From the human T2T-CHM13v2.0 reference genome, Homo sapiens: DNA of 64,000 nucleotides. The first letter of the stretch is position 1, and each line of letters opens with the position of its first letter. Under the pieces are notes generated by a model that saw nothing but the letters and a program-made list of their open reading frames with translations, searched no databases and had not been told where the DNA came from. The stretch lies in the NCBI RefSeq assembly GCF_009914755.1, contig NC_060926.1. One strand, given 5' to 3'. The position numbers and the translations under genes are program-made. Below are positions 38,440 to 51,489 of this stretch, one piece after another.

Positions 38440-38965
38440 ATTAGTTATCCACCATCAGCCCTTTATTTCTTACTATGAGAAACTTCATTTTTGAGGAGGT
38501 GCTGTATCTAGCCCCAGAGTGTGAATGATTATTTGTTTACTTCTTCGTGACAGGCTCTATTGTCTTTGTCTGTGCTTGGTCAAGAAGTGAACATGTCGTG
38601 TGAATCTGGCTGTAAAGGACATAAGTACTAAGAAGTATGCTGAGGTTTTATGGGAAGATTTTTCTCCTTCCTCCCTTATAAAAGAAAGAGCTATGTAAGA
38701 AGAAGATCTTTCCTCCCTGCTTCCTTTTTCTCCTGCCTCGGGGGTTTTATGTGAGGAGATGGTGTTTGGAGTTATAAGAAATTTTCAATGACCTTGATAA
38801 GATGAAGATGTTAGCAGAGAAGTAATGCAGCAAGAGCTTGAAGGTCCTTGATGCTGTAGTGAACCCACAGAACAAACCTTAGAATGGCCCATATCCAGAC
38901 ACTATTGTAAGTGAGTTGATGATAAAACTGTTTTCAATGCCCTTATTTGTAGCTCAACACACTCC
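38440..38965 (+). mobile_element. Old MLT1 (J/K-like) solo LTR
   Basis: tatgggaagatttttctcc...tgtgaggagatggtgtttggagttata...ggtccttgatgctgtagtgaacc...atttgtagctcaacacactcc. Confidence 0.6.
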
Positions 38966-39274
38966 ATTCCATTCACTGTCACTACATCAACAGCTCTTAT
39001 TGTTGGGAATGCGTTTTGAACTGTCATTGCCTATGATGTTTCTCTATAGATCTGATATGATTTGATTTTTATCATTCAGGAACTCCCCATCCTTCATCTG
39101 ATTGGGAGCACTTTTTAATGTTTTCAGTCTTTTTTATAGATTTATTCTTAATAAGAATTATACAAAATTTGTGTATGCAACTCTTCTGACATAAAAGGGG
39201 TTTGGAGCAGAACGGGATAGAAAAAGAGACCCGGTCTGTGTCTCTCTACCATTGTTTTCAGAAAACAGAAGTTA

Positions 39275-39505
39275 TTTCCTTTCAAGGTCCAGCTACGTTA
39301 TCATCTCCTCTAATAATATTCCTGTGATCTATCCAAATTTCTGTTGTACACTGTGTATGCCTCTATTGGGATTTACCACACAGTATTGAAATTGTCTTGC
39401 CTTTGGATTATGAAGCTCTCCTATTACACCTTATCTGTTACTTATATTTTAATTTAGCAAAATGGCTTATTCATTGTCATCTCTTCAAACTTTTTATTGA
39501 ACTGA
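39275..39505 (+). mobile_element. L2 3' end
   Basis: tttcaaggtccagct...accacacagtattgaaattgtc...ggattatgaagctc...ttattgaactgaa. Confidence 0.55.
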
Positions 39506-40124
39506 ACATACTCTGGTTCTTGAGAGATTTATTTTCTACAAGGAGCTTAGAATCTACAATGGCACTTCTTATCAAATTCCGAATTTTTTCTTCTTGACTT
39601 CATCCTAACTACTTGAATCTAAGAGATTGGTACTTAGATCTTCCAGATAAAACTTGCATGGAGAATTTCACAAAAACAACTATAAAGTGACCTTCTTTGT
39701 CTTCTCTTATTTTTCTTACTTAGTCCGTCTTTTGTATTTCTCTGTTTATCAATTAGATTACATCTGGAAGTTTTTATTGATGTGATATTAAATGATTTGC
39801 AGTTATAACTTCCAACCATCTGTATTGAATTTGGTTAAGTTTTCAGTTCAAGTAAGTTCATAAAAGCTCTATGGGAACCTATTATGTTATCACATAATAA
39901 GTCTGTGCCAAATTTGAGTACAGATGCCAATTTCTCTTTGTTAGGGAACACGTCTATATTTCTATCTATCTGTACATCTTTTGATAGATATCTAAATAGA
40001 TATATTTATATCAAGATTTTGATGCAAGTACTCTCAAATGTGATAATAGGATTTTTCTAAGTCTTTTTCTAAAAAGGAAAAAACTACATGTATCCGTTCT
40101 ATAGCTAAAAATCTATTAAGTGGT

Positions 40125-40592
40125 ATATCTTAGTTAAATTAGCATTATCTATGGTAATAGACAGTTCTTGAAATCTCAGGCACTTAATGCATACACATTT
40201 ACTTCTCATTTAAAATTCAATCGGTGAATTTATTTGGCCATGCGATGCAGTGATGCTTATGAAGTCATTCAGGAACCCAGTCTAAAAAAGTCTACATATT
40301 TAATATGTGGTTTTTATGTCACCATGAGCTAAATAATTAGTATAGATTATGAAGCAGATAGAGAGAGGGGGAGAGACAGGGAAGGAGGGAAAGAGAGAGA
40401 GAGGGAGAGAAATTCATGTCAGATATAAATTATACATGTTTTATTGCTTACATCTCAAAATAGCATACATTTTTCTGAGAGAGATGAAAAATGGAAGACG
40501 GAAGCTGTTTGCAGGGAAGGCTGGGAAACGTAGCCTAGCTGTGTCCAAGAAAGAAAGCCTGGTTTTAGAGAATACACTGAAGTCTCTGCCAC
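40125..40592 (-). mobile_element. Old MLT1 (I/J-like) solo LTR
   Basis: gtcattcaggaacccag...tgcagggaaggctgggaaacgtagcctagctgtgtccaaga...agtctctgccaca. Confidence 0.7.
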
Positions 40593-41244
40593 ACACCTCC
40601 ACCAAGTGGTCACAACACCTGGTCAAAGGCAAAGAGTGTGTGTGTGTGTGTTTGGGGGAGCCGGGGTGGTGGGGGGCTCAGGCTCAGCTTCTGTTTTTCT
40701 CTGCTAACTTTAAATCTCATCTCCATTTATTTTAATAAAACTTTCCTAATCTGGCCAGCTTGGGGAAATTGACCGGACTAATACATACAAAGTTAGAAGT
40801 GAAAATGGATACTTTACTCAGCAGGTGGCTCTCTTCAAATTCTCTGAGCTCCAATGATCAGTATATGAGAATGTATTTTATCTTATTAGCCTCTGTAATG
40901 AGCTACCAGTCAACAAAGATAATGCTGTATCCATTTATTTTTTTTTCTCTTTAGTTTAATGAGGAAAGAGAGAGAAGTTATTCTGTTGGTGGCGTAACCA
41001 TTAGCCAACTGCAAAAGTTTTCCAAGATAAATTGAAGAGGACAGGAGGTGGTGGTGGTGACTGGTTATGTGAATTTTCTTTTTTCTCTGATTTTTAATAA
41101 ATAAAAGTTATGAGGTATTGATAGAAAGGCATCAAAGTAATAAACTAACCACTTGAAGAATCAGGAGCTGGAGCAATTAATCATATACAGTTTTTCTTCC
41201 TAGCAAAAAAGTCAGAATTTTATTTCTCCTCTTCCCTAGTTTTA

Positions 41245-41480
41245 TAGCATGGTGGTATGGATGTGTCACGGGTTTTATGTTTAAGACGTATTTAGATTCA
41301 AAGCCTTAGTGTTCTTCTTCTTACTATTAAACATTTGAAAAATGACCTTTATTTCTTGAGCCTCCATTTCTACATCTGTTATATTGGTACAACTATATTT
41401 ATGTATAATATATTTATATAACAAAACTGCTTGGAGGATTGGATACACTAAGTTGGAGCACCTAGCATGCACCTGTCTCC
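41245..41480 (+). mobile_element. MIR
   Basis: cttgagcctccatttctacatctgt core; gcacctagcatgcacctg tail. Confidence 0.55.
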
Positions 41481-43779
41481 CAGCAAGCACTCTGGAAATG
41501 CTAGTTCTTTTTGGCTGGAGAAATAAAGAACAGAGTATCTTTCCGGAAAGTATTCTGCATGAAATATTGGGAGTGTAAAACTGCTCAGACTGTTTCTTCA
41601 ACATTTATCGAAACACTACCACATCCAGCAGGCATTCCATTCTTGGTGATCCCAAAGCACTTGCACATACTTCTTTTAAGATATTACACTTCTACACACC
41701 AGCCTTTGAGCACAGGGTCTCTTTAGACTGTGAAATTCTAAGTAGATCACGCGTTCTCTTCTTCACGATTCCCTCTTAATTCAGTAAGAACTAAGTGACA
41801 GCTGTGATTTTTTATTCCGGGCACTATGCTAGGCACCATAGGGGTAAAGACTAGAAAGGCAGGTATCTACTTTTACAGAGTTTATTCTCTACAGCACCTT
41901 GCTCAGCCCCTTTTTCGTAGTATGTTTGAACCTGGCCCTGGAAGCCTGGGATTGTTCAAACATATCTGGTTAAGGAAATCGTATTTATGTTCAAGCCATG
42001 AAGACAAAGAAGATGGAAACAAATAGATGAGGGCCCCCTTCTTCACTCTACTATACCAAACCTGAACCATGGCCAAAGGGAACAGAGTGGGAGAGAGGCA
42101 GCCGGTGGGGATTGCCCAGCCAGCCTCCTAAATTGTTCCCAGTGCAGAATAGCTGTGCTCTTGGCCTCATTGCTTCCTGTCACAGCTCCTAATATACCAT
42201 ACACAGATTCATGGTGTGACCCACTATGGACACTACAGCAATTACTTTTTATACCACTAGTTGGAAAAAAAAATCCAAAATACATCAAGGAATATTCTCC
42301 ATAAAAAGAATAACCGTTTAAGAAAACATATAAAGTGGGACCCAATGAATATTCCTACCAACAAGCCCATCATATTTAGCTTAAATGTGGGCATTTTTAA
42401 GGTGCCTGGAAAATTCACTCACACCTTGTGCATTGTGTTTGATACAGTTTTGAAACACATCCCTGCAGGCACCTCTATGAAAACAGAACAAGGAAATAAG
42501 TTGGCAGATAGAAAAGAAAACAGGAACTCAGAGGTGAATCAGGGCTGCTTGCTCAGGCTCAAGCAGTAGCAGTGGAATATTTATATTTTTGAAGGTAATT
42601 TTCTTAAAAAACTGCTTGTCTGCACATTAATTTGTAGTTTCTGTCCTTTTTCTGCACCAAATGTACCAGATTTGGTAATTAACTTTTTAAGCCGAGTTCA
42701 GCAATTTATTGGGCTTAGTTTGCAGTCTAGAAACTGATCACATACCTACCCTGACAAGACAGTCTTAATGAGTCTGAAGCCAGGAGCTGAAGCCCTGGAT
42801 GAGCTAATTCTGCAACCTGAGGCCCTGAGCCAGTTGCTGGAAATTATCCCAAATGGATTCTGAATCTTCCCACCTGCAGCACAATTCCCTCATGTATGCC
42901 CCTCCCAGAGTTGGATGGCGTGGCACCACTGAAATGTCTTCAGAAGACTTTTTTTTTCTGTATTTTAATTGCATGTTAGGATAAAATAATGTACAGGTCT
43001 GCAATAGTTATTGCTCTGTTGAAATGGAGAAAAGAACCCTACATAATATTGAAGAAATTACAAAGGTCAAAAGATTCTCCCTCAGGCTATTTTATGGTAC
43101 AGAGAAGCAGTGCTTCTGAACACATAATGAACACCACAATCTCCATTTGGATTGGGAGGAAACCCCCAGCTCCCAGCAAAGGTGTTCTAATGAGATACTG
43201 TATTAGTATAATACTGCTTTCAAAGCAATCACCAGCATGCTGATGGTTCCCTGGGCAGGGCTGATCCATGAGCCTTATTTGTAACAAGATGAAGGCATAT
43301 TTGACAGGAAAAATTGGTTTTCAGAAAGAAAGACGTCACTGGGATGTGCACCACTGAGCCCAAAGAACCACTGCCCCTGCCTGAGGCTTTTAGCAGCTTT
43401 GTAATAGATAAAATAAAAAATCAGAAATCAGAAAGATAAAGCAAGATACCTTGACACGTTTCAGCATATGAAGACATAAAGATACTAGTTTTTCCTGTGA
43501 CTCAAATCTTTATGAACAAAATCATTACAACTGGAACAGAGGCTGTACTGGATCCAGGACCACCTCTGGGGCCTGCGAACTTTAACCTGACAGCCTCACC
43601 GGAGATGTGCAGTGCCTTCTCACTCTATCCACAAAGGGCTGGAAGTTCAGGTTGAAGAATTCTACCTTCATAGATAGAGAAAACAAGAGACAAAAAAAAA
43701 AGGGACTTCTGTCAGCTCACATAGTCAGGGGACTAGAACCTGTTCTTTATTAAAGAAAAAGGGCTAATTGACTGTCTCC

Positions 43780-44140
43780 AAAGTATTTATTGAGCCTGTG
43801 TGTGCTCAGCATGGTACAAAGCATGGTCAAAAACCAGAAAAAAAAGATGTTTTGCCCCTGCTGTAAAGGGAAGAAAATAGCTGCTCCAGTGCATCAGTCA
43901 TGATAGAAGCATTTGATAATGTTACAAATGACACAGGTGTGATGGAAATAACTGCTCTTGGGGACAGTTTAGACAGACGTAACCCTGTGGTTGGCAAAAT
44001 GAGACTGCTTGATTTGCAACAAAGTCTTGAAGGGTGGGTAGAATTTAGGACCAGCAAAATCACAGCAGGGGTAACAGGAAAGATACATAGAAGTGAAATG
44101 AATGTGGCATATTTGTAAGCTGGCAAAGGCATTATCAAGC
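43780..44140 (-). mobile_element. L2 fragment
   Basis: caaagtatttattgagcctgtgtgtgc...agtcttgaagggtgggtagaatttagga. Confidence 0.55.
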
Positions 44141-44919
44141 TTATTTAGATAGCTCTTTTCCTTTGCTTTATTTTCCAAGCTAAATATTCCAAATTTTAAA
44201 CCATCCCAGTTCCCTTACCTGCTCCTCTCCCTATGAAAAATCATTGCTGTCTCTGCCCCCACGGTGCTCCATAGACTGTTCCATCCTGATACATAATATT
44301 AGAAGTATTTGTATTTCTTCCTATGCAACTGCTCTTCAGGGAAAAAACTGAGGCTCATTCCTCTAGATTTTTATGATTTCATAAAATCATAAGTAAAAAG
44401 TACTTAGAATGTGAAGGAATTTTTGATGAGTGACTGGGTTTCCTTCAACCACAATTTGTTTATATGATTCTCCAGACTCATTGACATCATTGACCTTTCC
44501 AGATCTCCCTGCCCCCTTCCTTCTCTGCTCCATGCTTCTTAACTGACCAACATTCTTGTAAAATTATGAAATTGAAAGTCCAAAATTCCCGGTGCAGGGT
44601 TAAACTTAAGACTGTGACTCAGTAAACTTATCTCTAAATTCATGCAAATTCAGTCTTAGAATGCAATAGGTGTATGAGATCACAGGCTCATATTGAGCCT
44701 GTTTTAAAAATAAAACTTTCAAAAATTGATGTTCTCCCTCATTCTTTATTGATGGAAACAAATTTTTTGACCCTAAATATGGAACTTCATGCATTTGTAA
44801 CTGTCAGATTTCATTATATTCGCATTACAAATATTCATGATAATTTTGAACCTTGATTTTGCCGTTTATGATACTTAGTTCTCCTTTCCAACTTTACCAA
44901 GAGTTCCATTTGACAAATA

Positions 44920-45420
44920 CATATTCTACTCTTTCTTGGTCAGTTAATGAACTAAAAATATTGACCTAAATAAAGCCAAGGGAGGAATCCAGAGTGGCAC
45001 CCCTGGAAGTTTTGTCCAGGCTGACAAGAAGCCAATGAGTTATCTCACTTTAGACATACTGTTCAAGTGGTTACATAAACAGTTCACTAACATGGGTGTG
45101 CTCTGGCTAGCATTCTTTTCATAGCATCAATGAAAAATCATTTTCAAGGCTTTTCTAAAGCCAGGATAAACTTACTTCAACAGCCTTCATCTGGGTAATG
45201 AGAAAACAAAGTTAGTGTGATGTGATGTGATGTTTTTCCTCACATTATTCACCAACAATCACTGCCACCTTACTCTTCATGATGTTGAAGCCATCAGCCA
45301 AAACTTGTCAGTTAGATATTTCCACAGTATATCTTCTACCTGCTTTTGAAAATCCAGACAATATCTTTCTCATGTTCTCTCACGCATCTCCTGTGCTTCA
45401 GGGACTGTCAAAGATTTTTT
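44920..45420 (-). mobile_element. L3/CR1 RT fragment
   Basis: aaagccaagggaggaatccagagtggcacccctggaag...tcaaggcttttctaaagccaggataaa...cttttgaaaatccagacaata. Confidence 0.6.
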
Positions 45421-46747
45421 AAGCAATAATTAAGTAAAGGATCATGATATATCTAATTAATAAAATAATCATGTTGAGCATCATAAAGATATTGACACAA
45501 TAAATGAGTAACTGTTGTGCATCAAGAATTCTGAAAGTTCCATTTATATTTGGTGGCATTCGTCAAACTATCTACATTTCTTTAATTTTAGTTTCTTTTC
45601 ACATAATGAAGTAACACTAAATAGGATAGTTATGAAGTTCCACTTAGTCTTGAAATTTTATACTCTGCGTTTAGCAACTTTAGACGGCCAGGGAGTCCTT
45701 TATAACTTGTTATCTATAGTGCAGAGATCTGCCATTGACATGGCACTGAATGTACATTAAGATCTATTACCTTTAAGAGTTTTCATTAGAGCTGCTGCCT
45801 CCTTTATGTAGAGGGCAGAACCAGTCTAAGAAGGAGGAAATGTTACTTCTTAGCCTGGGCATACCTGCCAATCAGAAAGACCATTGGGGAATTTGATGCA
45901 AAGTTATTACTGGTTGATGACTCCACATGCCAGAATTCTCACTGATATTTTTAAATCCCTGCAATAAAGTCTCAGTAGAAGAAACTGCAAGATGAATTAC
46001 ACATGCTTATAGATCTATCTCTGACAAACTTCAGGGTTTTCATTCATCTTTGTAATTTCAGCACTTGGTGTCCCAGTAAATCGCTGGGGAATAGAATCGA
46101 GAAGAAAAGCAATGATCTCGCCCCACAAAGTGGTAAAGACTAGGGGTTAAATATATTGTTTTTCTAATTGAAGGTGAGAAAAAAAAGTTTCTAAATCCTC
46201 TGCAACAGTTATTTTCCTTTCAATTCCCTTAGGCTTTAGTTGATGAACTATTTTCTAAAGAATTTCCTTTGGAGATGCCTTTTTATTTACTGAAAAGAAC
46301 TAATTGTTTTCACAGTGATGTATAAAAATACATTTTGTTCAACTCACCATTCTGTATCAAGAATTAGAAAAATATTGTTCTCAAGGCACGGTCTATTCCG
46401 AGGAACTTTGCTTTTATAATGTGCGCTAACAGCAGAGCTGCCCTTATTTAAACAATCATTAGGAACCATTTATATGTGGTAGCAAACTCACGTTGATTAT
46501 TCACACCCTGTTATCAGGAGGAGGAAATGAAAATTTACATCCACATCTTTAACCCTGCCACGAGCAGTGTTTCATTCTGCTCTTGAGTCCCTTGACACTG
46601 AGGTCAGGTGCTGTGTGTTTATTACTCAGCCTGTGTGAAGCCTTTCCTGCCTGAGACCACTCTCCTCTGGGGAAAACAATTGTGTAGCTGAAAGCAGCTT
46701 TCTCCTTCCCTTGCCATTCTGTCCTCTCCAGCTGGGGTTGTTTATTT

Positions 46748-47021
46748 CAATGGTTCCCAACCATTTTGGCACCAGGGACGGGTACATGGGTTGGGGGTTG
46801 GGGCAGGTATGGTTTTGGAATGGAACTGTTCCGCCTCAGATCATCAGGGCATTAGATGTGCAGCTCACAATAGGGTTCATGCTCCTTATGCTGACTCTGA
46901 TCTGACAGGGGGGCAAAGCTCAGGCAGTAATGCTTGCTTACCTGCTGCTCACCTCCTGCTATGTGGCCCAGTTCTTAACAGGCCACAGTACCAGTTCTTG
47001 GCCTGGGGTTGGAGACTCCTG
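46748..47021 (-). mobile_element. MER1B, internally deleted
   Basis: caatggttcccaaccattttggcaccagggac...actgttccgcctcagatcatcagg...ctgatctgacagg...ggggttggagactcctg. Confidence 0.88.
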
Positions 47022-47659
47022 GCTTATCTGATGGTTCAGTTTCCAGGATGCTAGAAAATCTTCATTTACTAATAGGCAAGATCAATGTGCATTGAAAGGG
47101 TACATGTGCAGGTGCCTCATCCTCTTTACATGTTTAGCTCAAGGCTCAAGATTTGAATAAATAGCTCTTTTGTTTTCTTTTATCCTTTCTTCATGAGGTG
47201 TTGGGATCCCTGCTTCCCAGGAGATGGCCTGAGGTGGTAAGGTAGGGGCCTTCAGGTGAAGGACTGAGCCAAGCCTTGAGATTAAGCCAATGCTGCAGAC
47301 CTGTCTTAGGCAGTACTGTGTTGTATAAGGTGCATGCTCAACTTATAGTAAAGGAACAAGTTGTTCACACTGCTGTTGTCCCTTAGGCTTTTAACTTTCT
47401 TTGGAAACTAACAAAGAGAAAGGGTAAAAGGTCTTGCAATGGTAAAAACAACAATAAACAAGAAAACCTGTCTGATGAAATTATTAATAGAAAACATAAC
47501 CATGGGGAAAAATCTGCGGCAGCACTGTACATTCGGAGGGGTGATCTCCAGGTAACTTAAAAAAGATTCCACTATGTATAGCATACTTTGATCAGGTTGA
47601 AGGAAGGAAAAAAGAGCTCTTTACAATTCTGCGAAAAGGCAGCATTATCAGGCAGTCTC

Positions 47660-50500
47660 GGATGACTATGATTTTTGAGCCCTTTAGTATTCATTATGTT
47701 GTAAATTTACATTTTGCTTTTCCTTGCCTTTCATTAATATACTTGATATGTTTGGATACATATTATTAATATTTTGTTTAAAAAGCTTTCAGATGCCTTT
47801 GAAACTTTCACTATTTTCTAATTTAATATTTACTAATTTATTAAGTTTATTTTGATGGGAAGTTTCTAGTTTCTGGAGTTGAATATTTATTTCATTTAGT
47901 TGTATTCTTTCTTATTTAATGAAAAATATAATTAAGTAAATGAAGTTTGCTCTTTGTAAAGCTTCTACTACACCTGTAAGTGACTAAATAGCTACAATGA
48001 GATTACTGCGATACATAACAATCTTATTGTAGTTAATTTTAATAACTTGTAACAGAGTTTTGATTTATTTTCTGATCTACAGATTATTTAGCAGAGGATT
48101 TTGTTTTTATTTCCAAGTGATTAGTTTTTTTAATCATTTTGCTATAAATTTTTGGTTTTATTACATTGTGAATAGAGAATTTATGATTATGGCTACGATA
48201 TTTTGTTTGCAAGGGTATTGGAACACTGTTAGGAAAGTTCTATATAAAAGACATCTTATATCATCTACTTGATTTAATATGTTAATTGTGTTATTCTAAT
48301 ACTATATCTATCATTTTGATCTAATTGAACTGCAAAAATGTAACAATATATATCAATCTACCCCAAGACCATGGTTCTTTTTCATTTTAACTGGTTGTAT
48401 TCCTATGTCTTTTCTTATACACTTTGGAGTTAGTGAATTCAGAACCAAGATCTATGACAGATGTGTCTTTATTGTAAATTATCCCATTTAGTAAATCATT
48501 TCCTTTTTCAGAGTTAATGTTTGCTGCATGATTTTACTTTTGTTTTTAATATTACCATCTCTGCTATATCTGTGATGTATACTTATGCACTTCTCATTAT
48601 CTGCCTGTCTATTATTATCCTTCTGTGTAATTTGTATTTCTTGCAAAAGTTATAAATTAAACTTTTTTTTAGTCCCAGTGTTGGTCTTAATTAGGAGGAT
48701 TCAACCTGTTTTCATTTATTTTAATAATATATGTGGTTGTTTTATTTGTTCAACCTTTTCTTAACTACTAAAAAATACACAGAAAATTGTAGAGTCATTA
48801 CTACAAAACTCATGATATATTTCAAAGTGAATTATACTCATGTAACTGTCATCTGGATTAAGATATATTACTTAATGCAACTACCCTCAGGCCACATCCC
48901 AGTCATTACATCACCTGAAGGTAGTCATTCAGACTACTATTACCATAGATTACTTTCCTTGTTTTTGAAGTTTATATAAAAGAAATCATACAGTATATAA
49001 TTGTATCAGGCTTCTTTTATTTATTTTTTTTGTGCCATTCATCCATGGTATTGCTAGAGCAAGTTTGTAGTTTCATTGTTGGATAGTGTTTGATTGTATA
49101 ACTCTCACAAAGCATTTTGATCCATTCTACTATTGATGGACATTCGAGTTTTTTTTTTTTTTCAATTTGGGGTTGTTATAAATACCACTGATATAAATGC
49201 TAATATACATATCTTTCAATGCACACTCCTTTGGAGAAGAGATATAAGGAACACAGGTGGACCATAGAACAGATAGATAGATAGAACCCTAGCAGGTTTG
49301 ATAATTCTTTCTTGGAGTCTTGACACTTTATTTAGGAAGACTTTATTAGAAGACTCATCTTCTGCTCTAGGGATAGATGGAAATATATCAGCTTATTCTC
49401 TTGTTCCAACCAGACACTGATTATAGATGGGTTGAAAGACTCAAGTCAACCTTTGGTTCATACAGGCTCCCAGGGTAAGCTCTCTAGTGTCCCCAGCTGA
49501 AAGACTGCGATGTTTACTAGGACCTCTATTCTTGGCAGGCCCTGGACTCCAATTTTGCCTCCTCAGTAAGATGATACTTCCAAAACCTCAGCTGTAGATT
49601 TCAGTGGTTTTTCTGATTAGCCTCTCCTACCCTGCACAGCTTGAAATTCAGCAAATGCCTCAGAACCACCAGTGTTGGGCTAGGGTCTCTGCACCTCTCT
49701 TTCCTTTGAAATCTTGGCTTTTCATATCCTGCCATCCTTTGTGGGCCTCAACTCTCTTCTATCATGTAAGATTGCTAAATATCAGTCATTTACTGTGGAT
49801 TTATGATTAGTCTGCTATCCTCTTGCTCTCTAAAGTTAGGAACATCCCTGAGGAGGAAAGTGGCTTGCAGAATGTTGACTCATTCTCTCTACTTTTTCTC
49901 TTCTCTTGGACATTCAAGTGCAGATAGCCTCATCAGCACACGTGTCTTTATATAGATGATTTTTTTCCCTATTTTATCCAACTTTACTAATTGTTCTTGA
50001 TGGAAACAAATAACTTGAATTGGAAGTCTAAGTCTGACGTGTGCTTTGCCTTTTGTTTCTATGCTATTCTAGATGTTTCCTTTTCTATCATTTTACTTTT
50101 GTTTAAATTTTGTTTTTCCTTATTTTTTTCCTAGCTTTAAAATTACATGTCATATTTTAGTTGTTGTGGTAGCTTCTTTCATATTTTAAGCAACATATTT
50201 AAGCTTATATTTCTATATCTGTCAGTGTCACGAAAAATAATATTTATGGAGCTCTACCCTTCTTAATCCCTCAAAAATCCCTTGGCATTCTGCCATTGCC
50301 TTTAAAATCATGTCTACCAGTATATTTCTTTTCCTCTTTCAGGTAAGATTTGTTTTCTATGCCTGGATGCTTATTAAAATTTCACAAATTTTTCGTAGGA
50401 TCTGAGCCTTTTGCTGTTTGTCTTTATTTGCTTCTTTCAGGTTTCCCAGCTTACTTGACTAAACTTGTAGTGGGCAATATCTACATGTACCTGATTGTCA
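47660..50500 (-). mobile_element. Cluster of ancient antisense L1M/L1ME fragments
   Basis: T-rich antisense ORF2-like sequence; L1ME-type 3' end at ~48750-49230 (aatcatacagtatat...tccattctactattgatggacatt); 5'-end-like segment at ~49280-50030. Confidence 0.55.
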
Positions 50501-50552
50501 GTTTGAAACATTAAATCATCATAAGTGTGGGTGTCTTTATGTGTAAGCTGAT

Positions 50553-50860
50553 TTTTTTTTTAAAAAAGGGTCCCATTCTGTTGCCCAGGCTGGAGTGTAG
50601 TGGCATGACTATAGCTCACCACCACCTCGAACTCCTGGGCTCAAGCAATCCTCCTGCATTAGCCTCCTGAGTAGCTGGGACTGCAGCTGTGAGCTACAGT
50701 GCCTGAATATGTATGTATGTATGTATGTATGTGTTTATTTTAGAGATGGGGTCTTGCTATGTTGCACAGGCTGATCTTGGATTTTTGGTTTCAAAAGCAA
50801 ACTTTCCCCCTTGGACTTCCAAAGTGTTGGGATAATAGGCATGAGGCACTGAGCCTGACC
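50553..50860 (-). mobile_element. AluJ with a (TATG)n microsatellite in the linker
   Basis: antisense dimer; (tatg)6 at ~50709-50732; flanks tgattt/tgattc. Confidence 0.92.
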
Positions 50861-51029
50861 TGATTCATTTTTGATTTAAATAAGTCATCAGGTGTCATGG
50901 GCCAATTCCCTCCCACTTATGGTCAGTAAAGGCAAATGAAGATATGAAAAAAAATAAGTAAAAAGATAATGTGAAGGAAGTATGGAACTTAGTTTCTGCT
51001 TTCAAGGAACTCATAACTATTTAGGAAAA

Positions 51030-51489
51030 AATAGCCAGTCATTAGTTACCTTCCCAGGGTCCATTTTCCCTTTTTAACTGACGGAGAGAACCCCAGCCTC
51101 CAGTGCCATAGGGGTGGCCACATGACAGTCTTTCCATTGAGACATAAGTGAAGTCTGCGGAATGTCCTAGGAAGATGTTTGCTTCTTAGAACCAATGCCA
51201 ATAAATGCAATTGACATTGTGGCCTTGTTTTCCCCACCTCTCAGCCCCTGCCCTGACGTGAACATGAACTCCGAAGTTATAATAGCCATCTTGAAACCTT
51301 AATGTATCTGTAGTAAGACAAATGTTAACAGAATCATAAGGAAGAGGATCTGGATTTCTAGAACTATGCTTCTAAACAATTGTCAGTGGGCCCCTTGGCT
51401 ATAGACTTCTTGAGATCTAAGAGAAACAAGCCTCTACTTGTTGAAGCCACTGTTAATCAAGTCTTCAGCATATGTAGCTAACTGATACA
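51030..51489 (+). mobile_element. Old MLT1 solo LTR
   Basis: ggggtggccacatgacag...gagacataagtgaagtctgc...agccatcttgaaacc...ttgaagccactgtt...ctaactgataca. Confidence 0.7.

Noticed and set aside
40653-40676. G-rich run beside a (TG)n tract as a G-quadruplex
   Set aside because: Only three separate tracts of three or more G; does not meet the canonical pattern.
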